From positions 113,398,001 to 113,462,000 of the forward strand of contig NC_058368.1 of the NCBI RefSeq assembly GCF_018350175.1: a stretch of 64,000 nucleotides of DNA, written 5' to 3'. Positions within the stretch are counted from its first letter, which is position 1. The number at the start of each line of letters is the position of its first letter. Source of the stretch: Felis catus (Eukaryota). This document shows, in pieces, positions 38,109 to 49,162 of this stretch. Under the pieces are notes generated by a model, which was not told the origin of the DNA, ran no database searches, and saw only the letters and a program-made list of their open reading frames with translations. The position numbers were made by a program, and so were the translations under genes.

Positions 38109-38320
38109 CAGTGGTTAAAAGCTAAGGCTCCAGGTTTCTAATCTCAGGCTTACCATTTACTAGCTGTGTGATCTTGGATGGGTTACTTAACTTTTCTTCA
38201 CCCTCAATTTCTTTATTTTTGAAAAGGGAGAAACAATTATAGCCTTGTCACAGTTGTCGAATGAGAAAGCAGGCAATCCATGTGAAGTACTTTGCAGAGT
38301 ACCTGGCATAGAGGATGTGT
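38109..38320 (+). mobile_element. MIR
   Basis: accatttactagctgtgtgatcttggatgggttacttaac...agtacctggcatagag. Confidence 0.75.
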
Positions 38321-39099
38321 TCCCCAAAGCTCCTCAACCATCCCCTCCAGCCCTATCAGTACCCTCCCCCATGACCATCCACTGAGATGAGCATGATTTA
38401 GATCTGCATATGTGGATATACCTCAAAACACACATGTAGGTACACACACACTTGTTTGTAACAAATCCTAAGCAGTGACTCCTTTGGGGGAAATGCACGA
38501 TTTGTTCAAAGCTCACAATTAAAAAATGCATCTACAATAAAAGTGAAGGCAGGATGTTGGCACTGCCCAGGCCTATTTTTTGTCTCCACTGATGCTAACT
38601 TTAATGCTACAGAAAGAGGCTTCTGGACCAGGCTATCAACCCCAGGAGAATGCCAACAGCACTAAATTTTTACCCAATCTTCCTAATGACTGAATTAATC
38701 TGAGGCAACAACCATTAAAATCACCAGCCCATCTTGCTTTATAAGCTCCTAAAATGAGAACTGCCCAGCAAATCCCAAAACAATGTTTTACTTGTCTTCT
38801 AGGGAGGAAGATCCTGTCCCTTAATCACGTAAATGGCCAACATGCCTTCAATTCTCTTCAGCATTTGCCATCAAGGTCATCTCGAACAGGCTCAGAGGGA
38901 GGGCTCGCCTGAGGCCCTACACTACTAGAGGAAAGAACCAGTTCCATCCTTGGCAGGGGGTACACCCACAAGGGGGTGGTGATGTGACTTAGCACCTGCC
39001 CTAGACGCTGAGAAGATCCTTACATGTCACCACGGACATTCACACTTTGGTAGAATGAGCCTCAAATGTTGTCATTCAAAGGCTCAGAATCCTGCTGCT

Positions 39100-39268
39100 T
39101 GCTCTCCAAGGCCATTCATTCATCTCCATTCTCTGAGCGCACTATATATCCAGGCTTATGTTAATGTTAATTAACCAATTCCTCATCTCTGGGGTTTTAC
39201 TCCTTTCTGTAAGTTGCACTTCCCGGGTTTGGGCGCTACCCAATAAGATGACAAAATATCTCCCTTCA

Positions 39269-39309
<41 letters not shown>

Positions 39310-39874
39310 CATGCACATACATATACACATATATGCACATGTACATATACTTTCCTAATTAAACTTGACTATAAGAACCCATCACCTGTTAAGTCCTCAG
39401 AAAGACCATTACTCCATCAAAAAAGGCAATAACCCGAAAGGATGTCCTCGCCAATACAAATCAGCCACAGGTTAGCGGGACAGGCTAACAGCTGATATGG
39501 ACAGTTCCTGCATGTGGAACTAACAAACAGTGTATGGTTTGCCAAATACAACGACAGTTGATGCAGTGCCAACAAAATCCTAAGGACCACGCATCCCTGT
39601 CGTATGAGAATCTCCTAACGGGCATTCCCGGTGGTGGGCACGGGTGGACAGAGGCACGATGACCAGGTCTACCGACCTAACGGCAAGACTACAATTCCCT
39701 TCGCTTTACTCCTCTGCAAGTTCATATCATGTTCTCTGCCACAACGTATCCGGTAGCACCCAAAGCCTGGAAGTGCACCTTATAGAAAGGAGTAAGACCC
39801 CAGAGACAAGAGGACTTAAAGGCTGAATATAGTGTGCTCAGAGAACGGAGATGAACGAATGGCCTCGGAGGGCA
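39100..39874. repeat. Long inverted repeat (arms 39100-39240 and 39752-39874, ~510-nt spacer)
   Basis: Hand alignment: 39186-39240 vs 39752-39806 gives 49/55 identical in reverse complement; 39100-39147 vs 39827-39874 gives 43/48. Confidence 0.93.
39272..39306. repeat. (TG)n microsatellite inside the inverted-repeat spacer
   Basis: Seen directly. Confidence 0.97.
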
Positions 39875-41029
39875 GCGTCTGTCCCTTGATAATTGAACGT
39901 TGGGTACGCATTCTTCTTGGTATCTGCAGAAATTCCTCGCAGAGAAAACCCACCATGTGGAGTTAAAGACAACATCTGTTTTCTTTGAAATCGGGGCAGC
40001 TTCAGCCAGTAGGCAGAGCAGGTGTCCTGTGGCCCAGGTGTGCCAACGGCCATCCACATTATCAAAGGCATCTTCAAAGGAGTCCCAGGGCGGGATAAAT
40101 AATGCACAGAAGGGAGTCCAGAGGCCGCTTCACTGGGAAACAGCCCCTGGCAGCAGCTGGGTTAAAGAGCTCAGGGCGCCCAGCGTGGGGAGAAAATAAA
40201 GCTAAGAGAGAACCAGGGAGGAAGGCACAAGGGGAAGAGGTAGGAGTCCAGAGGGAGTGACAAAGAAGAGGGGAGAAAAACAGATAAGGAAAAAGCAGAC
40301 AAAGGCACTCTGGGAAAAGAGGCTTAAGGAGGTCAGGGAGGGGAGACACGTAGGGGTTTGGGAAGGAGGGGAAGGCGGATGGAGAGTCTGTAAGATAACA
40401 AAGTTTAAAACTCCCGTTCACATTAACGCACATAAAAAAATATCTTCCACAAAAATGCTGTCGGACTCGAAGATAAGAGGAAGGGGAGCCCCAAGCATTC
40501 ACTTTGAAGAGTCTTTTTAAGAAATGTCTTTGGTGTCAGCCAGGAGAAATAAATGAGGAGGGGGAAGGAATGGAGATCTCTGACTTCGTGTGCGAGTGAG
40601 GCAACAGGGGAACAGAGTCCATCCAAAGCCTTCAAAATGGGGGTCAAAAGAAGAAAAGCCCAGGGAGCATCCTGGTCTCCCAGCCAAGGTGGAACAGAAG
40701 TAAAGGAACTTGTGGCCACCAGGCCAGGGAACTGGAAAGACCTCAAACACCACAGATGGAAAGGGCAACGCACCTGCTCAGTGGCTCCCTCTGGAAATCA
40801 CCTCCACGTGTTGACAGGTGAGCAGAGAGAAGTCAATAGCTTGGGAGAGGTGAATCTCTGAGGCCACCTGATCCCCAGCCCCGAAGCAGCCCACCTCACT
40901 GCCCAAGGGGCCTCTGAACATCCAGCTGCTTTGCACAAAACTGCCAGGACATTAGCTCATCTTTGATTATTTAACACTGACTCCCCTCCTAGGAGATGAG
41001 TTCCATAGGAGAGGAACTTTTGTGTTTAC

Positions 41030-41250
41030 GTCTCAATCCTCTGTGCTTAGCACATTGGTAAACACACTTTGTGGAACAAGCCAAAGATTGCAAGTCTTCT
41101 CTATGCAACACCCTCAAGGAAGACCTCACATGAGCACACAGCTCACGTTTAAGGACACTGAGGCTCAGGGAGGTCAAGGGATGGGACTTTTTGCAAGACA
41201 GAAGAGCAGAGCAGGCATCAAATTCAGAAGCCCAAGGTCCTTTCTCTAGG
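41030..41250 (-). mobile_element. MIR
   Basis: taaggacactgaggctcagggaggtcaaggga...aaattcagaagcccaaggtc. Confidence 0.65.
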
Positions 41251-41659
41251 GAGAGTGGAGAATAACAGAGTCTGGTCATTAACAGCCCATCCAGCTCCCT
41301 TCCCCTGGGAGACCACAGCTGGAGCCACCCTCTTACAGTCCTCTGCCCCCCGGGAGACAAGAGAGCAGAAATAAGCAGTGTGATGTTTTCAGACCCAGAC
41401 CATCAGTGACCCACTTCTGGGCTGGCCTAATGTTGACCAACATCTCTGACCCTGGATTCCCACCCCAAGGGATGCAGGGATCAACTGTGGAATGGCATCA
41501 AGTGTCACAGGAGAAGCTCGTGGGAGGGGTGGCATTTTAGCACTACCTTGGTCAGAGAAGGGAAAGAAGGTGCCCTGAGCTTCCGAGAGAAGCCTGGGCT
41601 CCTTGAGGGGAGGCGACACCCCATCTCCACACCTGCAGGCCTCCCTTCACCCGAGTCCC

Positions 41660-42480
41660 CCACTGTGTGACTGCTCATCTGACATCACTCATCCAGCAGG
41701 GAGCTCTCACTTAATGTTCAAAAGCAACACTTTTCATTCTAGAAAACCTGTTGTTCCTCACGTCTTTTCCATCTCAGTAAACGACACACTAGCCCCTTGG
41801 ACCTGAAGCCAAGGCCACATGGATCCCTCTCTCTCCCTCACCACCTACCACCAATCAGTCTCACTGGCCTTAAATATATCCTCCATATGGTCCCTTGTCT
41901 CCATCCTCATTGCCTCCCTGGACACCGGCAGCAGCCTCCTACCTGGACTCCTTCTTCTCCTCCTGGGCCCTACGATCTGCCCCCTGCGGGCAGCGAAAGC
42001 CATAGACTAGAAATGGGAATCTCACCTCAGCCCTGCCTTGCTTGACATCTCTCCAGTGACTTGGAAAACCTCTCCCACGGCCTACAAAATCCTGCACAAC
42101 TGGGGCCCTGTCCTCCCCTTGCCACTCATCTCTGGCTCCCTTACCCCTCTGGTCCAGCCACCACGGCCTGCCTCCCTTCCAACCCTTCCAAGAAAGCTCG
42201 TTATGTGTGGAATGCTCTTCCTCAGAGCTCCGCATGCCTTCTTGTCACTCACATTCTGGCTGCCTCCAAAGGGACCTCCTAGGCCACCGTTTCTCAAGAA
42301 GCTGCCTCGATAATGTCATCCTGACTTTTCTTTGTAACATTTAGCACTATGTGATGTTTTCTTTCTTATCTCTCCCAGGAGAATACATGCCCACAAGAGC
42401 AGTGATCTTTTCTGGTGTTGTCAACCACTGTGTCCCCTGGGCCTAGGAAAGTGCCTGGAACAGGCAAGAGCTCAGTATAA
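41660..42480 (+). mobile_element. L2 3' region
   Basis: tcttttccatctcagtaaacg...cagcctcctacctgg...ccactgtgtcccctgggcctaggaaagtgcctggaacag. Confidence 0.75.
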
Positions 42481-42618
42481 CCTTCACAAAGAGCCAACCA
42501 CCCCTCTGCATCCCCAGGGACTAGCACAGCAGCTAGCGAGCCCAGATGAGCAAGTGCACTGAAAAATGCGGATGCGGTGGGCAGTGAACAGTGATTCCAT
42601 TCCAAGCTGGCCTATGAA

Positions 42619-42643
42619 GTGCTCGCTTCGGCAGCACATATAC
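42619..42643 (+). pseudogene. RNU6: U6 snRNA 5' fragment (nt 1-25), tailless retropseudogene
   Basis: GTGCTCGCTTCGGCAGCACATATAC is the exact U6 5' end; flanked by direct repeats caagctggcctatgaa (42603-42618) and caagctggcttatgag (42644-42659). Confidence 0.93.
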
Positions 42644-45600
42644 CAAGCTGGCTTATGAGGCATTTCTAAGGCTATTCAGGCTCCTTAAACTCTGGTATTA
42701 TTTTTACTCCAACATTGCAAAGAGGTTTTGATTACAAAAACAGGACGGTGCAGAAAACACAGAATCCATCCCTACTCTGCTAAGATCCCATCCATGGGTT
42801 AAGGGAAAAAAAAAATTACAGGGACCCATTTTCTATCCATACCCAGTGAAAAAACAAGCTCTCTGTCCCCCTTTCCCCTTTTGATCTAAAAATAAAGGCC
42901 CGGCTCTGAGTTCCTGTGAGAGCATCTGATCTAAGATCTGATTTCGTCTCAAAAAAGGCACAGACATTCGCCTCCCCTTAATAGGGCATAATGCCACCAA
43001 TTAGTTAACTTACACATTTAAGTTGTCCCACGGGGTAGATTACAGACTCCCAGGGATAGCAGACCTACGGGGGTCATCCTGTTCCCTCTGTGCATTGTTG
43101 GGGTACCCTGGAGGCCTGGGAACCATTCCTGTCTTTAGGGGAAGGATACCTTCTAATGACACCTATTTTTCCAACCACTTCCACAGCCAAAAAGTCCTTC
43201 TACAGCAGGCTAAGCCCTGCAGAGCAGGAACAGGTGACCTGCCCTGCTCTGTTCTTTCCACAGCAGAGACAGACCGAGGTTCTCTCCCCAGGCTGGGGAG
43301 CAGCAGTGCAAGGTAACAGACCTGCTCCAAGCCTCAACTGGGCCACTTGCCAGTTGTGAGATGTAGGGCAGGCTCCTGACTTTAGCGAGGAGGAAGGATG
43401 TAGAGGACATCTGTGGACTTCTGTGAGGATACAACATAGACAAGGCCATCTCCCCCCCTTAGGCCATGCACTTCTTGAGGCCTAAGGCCCTGCCTCCCTC
43501 CCACAAGGCCCCTGAGCAACACGGACTGCGCCTTCACTAAATGCCAGGCACCAGACATTGACAGGAGCTGATCTCGTTCATCCTCAGAATAATGCTACTA
43601 AGTGACCATCAGTGTCATGATTTAAGTGAGGAAAACGAGCATCAGAAAGGTTAAATCACTTGCGTACGATCACACGGCCACCGAGGGGCTGAGCTGAGAT
43701 CCACCAGATCCCGCAGAGGGGAGAGCTCCAGCTTTACCCTGCACCACCCTTGGCCACAGCAAGCCCAGAACATGGGCCACCCAGCACATGTGAGCACTTA
43801 CCGAGTAGAACATAACATACTCTGTAAAGCAAGCAAGTACCACTCCACTATAAGCTACTACTAGTAACTTATATTACCTTTTGTAATGGTAATGTTTGTA
43901 AGCCTGCCCTGAGCCAGTTTTAAATAAGGAGGTGAGGTGGGAGAGAAGAAGAGAGGTCTGACTCTCTGAAGCACCAGGCGCCTTACCTAAATTATCACGT
44001 CTTATTCCTCGAAGACTCTGAGCTAGACATTATCATCATTTTATAGGAGAGAACACCAAACTCAAAGAAACCTCTAGCTTTCTAAGCCTGAAGCCAGTGG
44101 GTTTTATTTCCCAAAAACCCTGCTGGAAGACTCTCAGGGATTAGTCACTGCTCCGAGGGGTGGTCTCCTTCCCGGGCACCATTCCTTGACCACTGTAGGG
44201 ACGCCTCCAGCTATGGCCAAGACACTCCCCACCCTGCTACTCTTTGGCTGAAAGAAAACCAGGAGAGCCAGAAGTTCCAGAATATTCAGGTCAGAGCTGT
44301 GAGGTCTCCTTTCTCCTCCCCAGCTTTCCTCCTTCCCACAGGCTGATGAGTGCGGACTCAAAACAGAAACCCCCAGAGTTCGGGCACTGGGAGAATGGAA
44401 AAACACAAAAAGGCCATGAATGAGTCACTCGTTATCCTGGTCCTCAAAACAAAAACCTGAAATACCATGTGATCCAGTAAATGGCTTGGAATAGAATACA
44501 AAATCCATCCTATATACATGTGAGATCTTGGGCTCGGCACTGGCGGGAGAGATGCGGAATAAAGGTGACCTCCAGATCTTAAGATTAAGGGTCTTCTGCC
44601 TTCAGGTGCCAATGACTCAAACCAAGTCCAAAAGCACTGACTGGGAAACACGGACAGCACTCAGCAGAAACGGAAAGGCTCCATGGGGCAACCAGTATTA
44701 TGTTGGGCAACGAAGACCACTTACAATTTCTAGCAGGTGGAAATGAGGTATTCTGGGTAGGAGCCGCAAGAGCAAACATGGGAAGGAGAAGAAACTGAAG
44801 ACATGGTACAGAATGCTCTAGTCTGGATGTCTGTGAGAATAGAAGTTCTGCTTTAGACTTTATTCCATAGTCAGTGAGAACCACCGTCAGTTTCTGGGGA
44901 GGGCAGTGACACGCAGGGATCTTCTTTATGATCCTTCACTCCATCAGCCATGGGGACTGGAGTGGACCGGAAGCACCAGTCAACCAGGGACCATGGTTCT
45001 GCTCACAGAATGGGGCTCTCTGAAACTCCAGCCTTAGAAATGAAATTCCAGGCTGGATTCAGAGAAGGAGAGATAACGTCAAAAGGCAAGACTGGGAGGG
45101 AACCTGCTGGCTTCCCATTCCGAGAAGCTTCCAGCTTGCCATCAGCTTTGTGCCTCTCTTTTGCTGCATTTGAATACAACATTAAACAGAACTGGAACTG
45201 TGGTCCCCACGGAGGCTGGAAACTTTGGAGCATTAACTGACAAACAGGATTGCCGCTGTGCAAACTCCCAGGGCAAATGCAAAGTGTGAGCTAATCTTGC
45301 CGCCATCACCAATTCTCTGAGCTGAGGATAAAGTATGATAATCTAAATCGGGCTGGGCAGACGTCTGCCTGGGAAATCTGATTAGGTTTGCTTGATGATT
45401 ACTTTTCATCCTCCAGGAGACCGCAGGACATGGTGGACCAGACCTGGTCATGAAGGTGACAAGCCCCCAGTGTTCCAGTCCCCAAGGCATGCATCTGCCA
45501 AACTTCCATTGTTGGCTAAAGAGGATACAAGGACAACAGTCTGCAAATAATCTTGCAGCAGTGGGTTCATGGGAAGAGACCCACAGAGCTGAAGAGTTCA

Positions 45601-45769
45601 GAGCCTCTCTCTGTATAAAGACCATATGTAAAGCATAAGCTCAAGTGTGCCACTTGTTTGCTTAACATCTTCTGATAGATACCATCAATTCTGAAACGGA
45701 GCTTAAAACGCTCAGGAGGGCACACCTCCCCAGCCCTCATCATCTGTGGCTCCCCACCACCTAAAACTT

Positions 45770-46220
45770 CAGTCTCTGCAACGAATGACCTGCCTGCGCC
45801 TTCTTTCCTATACCATACACACCTCCATGCCTTTGTTCTACAGTTTTCTCCACCCCAAAGGCCCCTCTTCTCCTGGATAAATCTTAGTTGTTCTTCCAAA
45901 CACAACTCAGATGCCTCCTTCTATGGGAAGCTTTTCCTGAAGAGTGTTGCAGCTCTTGGTTTTTCTACAAATATTTGTCCATGTTTACTATATGCCCAGG
46001 ACAGTAATATCATGATCCCCAGTTTGCAACGAGGGACCCCAGAGAGGTTAATGTGCCAGAGGTCACAGAGACACAGCCCAGATTCACCCCATACTCCAGT
46101 CTGGTTTTCAGAGCCCTTGCCTGAATGACCTCCCCGTTCACACTTAACCTCTGCGTCAACATTTCTTTGGATCTGTCTTTCCCACCAAACTGTGAAGTCC
46201 CCGAGGGCAGAGATGGAGCA
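45770..46220. mobile_element. L2 fragments interrupted by a MIR (46000-46130)
   Basis: caactcagatgcctccttctatgggaagctttt; gagaggttaatgtgccagaggtcacagag. Confidence 0.55.
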
Positions 46221-46889
46221 ACCCAAGACTCAGGCCAGTGCAGGGATAGTGACCTGCTGCAAGGACTGTCAGGAGCCCCAGAGATGAAGGTCTCGAGCCG
46301 AAGGCCAGTGCAGCTGGTCATGGCGCCATCAGGCTGAGCCTCTAAACTCCAGATGTCCCCCTCTCTAGAGCCACATGCCCTGGACTCCTCCAGCCAATCA
46401 CCTTCCATGTCATCTATGTTCATGGAGACTTGGTCAAGAAACATGAACGTTTTAGTAGGGATGCACTCCCACGAGTGGAGAAACAATTTCTAGTGTATTT
46501 GTTAGGTACAAGGCACCGGCACTGGTGTTCTTGGTATAAATGGCAGGAGAACCCCAGGGAACTTCCCCAGTCTCTATCTGGAAAGAATAGGTAATGCTCT
46601 TTGTAAACACAGGACATTTAATTATGTATAAATACATCCTTTGACCCATCCCTTAATCCCACGAATCTGTACGGAGCACTCACTGTGGGACAGGGACTGT
46701 TGATACACATGAGTACCACTACCTGCCCTGGGTGAGCATCTGGAAAGTGGGGAGAGCAGGTGTAGAAGTCTATACAAAATGAGACAGAGACCTGCATGGG
46801 GTCACAAAAGGAAGAAAAGCCGATTCTACAAAGACCAAAGGGCCCTAGAAGACGTCCTAGCCTGCAAACCATCATTCCCAGTATAAGTA

Positions 46890-47040
46890 TCTGGGTCCCT
46901 GTTCTCAAACCCAACTGTACAACAAAATACGGATTCTTAGGTCTCACTTCCTGAAACCAGAATCCTGATGGCAGGGCCCAAGATGCTGCACTTTTAAGTT
47001 CTGCAGGTGACTCTTGTGCATTCTGTTCGGCACTGGTCTA
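46890..47040. mobile_element. MER5-like hAT MITE fragment
   Basis: agaatcctgatggcagggcccaagatgctgcacttttaagttctgcaggtgactct. Confidence 0.55.
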
Positions 47041-49112
47041 GGGACAGGATCTGGGAGCTACTGCTCTAGGACCTCGGGGACCTGGAGAACGTCAAGGAGG
47101 GTGAGGGTAGCTCGGGGAAGGCTGGAAAAGGCCCAGATTAAGCCAAAAGACTTTCAGTGAAGTCTGGTCTCTACCTCTTGCTGCCTGTGTAGACAGGGGC
47201 AAGTCACTGTGTTCCTCACACCCTGTCCTCCCCAGCAGGCCAGGAGGCCCAAAGGGTGAAGGTCAGACCATCCAGATAAAAGTCCTGACTCCACTATTAA
47301 GCTGGATGAGTGTGGGCAAGTCACACCTGCCTTCTCTGTGAACTGGATGCTTATCTACCATCACAGTCAACATCATTGCGATGGGAAGGCAGTGCGACCC
47401 TAGGAATGAGTCCAGCAACCACCAATGGAAGGGTTCTCCGGGCCAGAAACCAACTTTACCCAGTTTTTAAAACAGAGCTGTGCTTTCTTTAATTACTATG
47501 TAAACTACATATTCTCCAGTGAGCACGTGGAGTTTTGCTTTCTCCCAAGGGTACAGAGCTGTGTACAGGAGACTAGCAAAATAAGCTCATGAGTAAATGT
47601 AATCCAGATATCCAGAGTTGAAGGAAGCCCCTGAAGCAGGCACAAGCCTGGAGCAGGAACAGATGAGCCACTCTTCCTGAACGACCTGAGCACCCGGCCA
47701 CAGAAAGCCATTTTCTCTCCCAGCCCCCTTCCCTGCCCCGGGATGCCCCATCATCTCCTGGCACCTGCCACCCAACATGGCTCAGGCTCCTGTCAGTTTG
47801 GGAGAAGGTAAGGCACTCCCTCCCTAAGCTTCTGGCTGCAGCTCTACAAGGTTTCAAATAAACTCAACAAGCTGAAGAAATCCAACAAGAGGCCACAGCC
47901 CAGGGCAGGGAGTATGAGGACAGCCACATTAAAACCCAGCTCCCAGCCCAGGGGATGAGGGTATGGAGGGCAAACGACATTGAGACAATGGAGTCCCTCC
48001 TGAGAAACCTGTGTTGGTGTGGTCTCTCCCTCCAGCCTCCTCCACCGCCCCCTCACCCCCCTCCTCACCTTCACCTTCAGTGCCTCTGAGTTCTGACAGG
48101 AACCCCAAATTTGTCCTGCTCAGAGGCCATGGGGCCTGCTTTGTCCTCTTCCAGCCGTGTCCCTCGAGAATGTCCCATGCCTGGCTCTGACTCACTCCCC
48201 AGGCCTCTTCTGAAACATCTCCAGCTCAGAGAGGCCACTCGGACCATCCTTCCCTTCTATTTTCTGTCATTGTCACCTGTGCATTCCCTTCACAGAAGTG
48301 AACCATGCCGTGATCACTCTGTCTGTTCTTTTGTCTGTCCTGTTGACCACTGTATCTCCAGCACCGGCAGAGCAGACAGCAGAGATGGGGACTGAAAAAG
48401 CCAACAAAGGGAAGGGGCAGGGGTGAAATCAAGGCACAAAGAGGAGGAAACATAAAGGTTCAGCTGGAAGACAGAGAGAAGAAAGAGAGAGGCTGGAACA
48501 GAAGAGAACACAAGAGAGACTTTGTTGTGTCCTGAGCGGCCACAGGGATATTTTTATTTCTTGTTCTCTGCGCGTTGGAGGCCAGGAAGGCATTACACAG
48601 GTTCCACTGCTTCCATTTCAAATGTACTTGCTCCAGGGCTCCGGTCACCTTCTCCCAAGCCCCTCCCACCAGACATCAGCTACCGGCTGGCCCCTGTGCC
48701 CGGCTGCCCCGGGGGAAGAACCCTGCGGGGCCTGAGCTGAGGCAGGGCCCTGGAAGTGCTCAAGCAGATGGCGCCGGCTCCAGCACTGGAAGAGTCTCAG
48801 CAATTATTTTAATTTGTTGACTTTCTCTTTCTAAGTCAGGAAATAGAAGCAAATTACCTACACCTGTACGACTTCCATTCCTGACAGTTTGGTAGCAATC
48901 ACGTTTCTGATCCAGGGCCCTCCAAGGCTCCTGAGCCTTAATAAAGTAAAGAAAGACCCGAAATCTTCTGAAAGGAAAGTGGTGAATGCAGTGGGGGCTG
49001 GTGTGTAATGAGGTGACGGACTGTGGCACCAGGGTGCTCAAGGGGAGGCCCTGTCACCAAGGGAACGGCAAAAAGATGTGAGCTGGGCCCACAGCTCAGG
49101 AGGTGCCTGTAG

Positions 49113-49117
<5 letters not shown>

Positions 49118-49159
<42 letters not shown>
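49118..49159. repeat. (AG)n microsatellite
   Basis: Seen directly. Confidence 0.97.
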
Positions 49160-49162
<3 letters not shown>

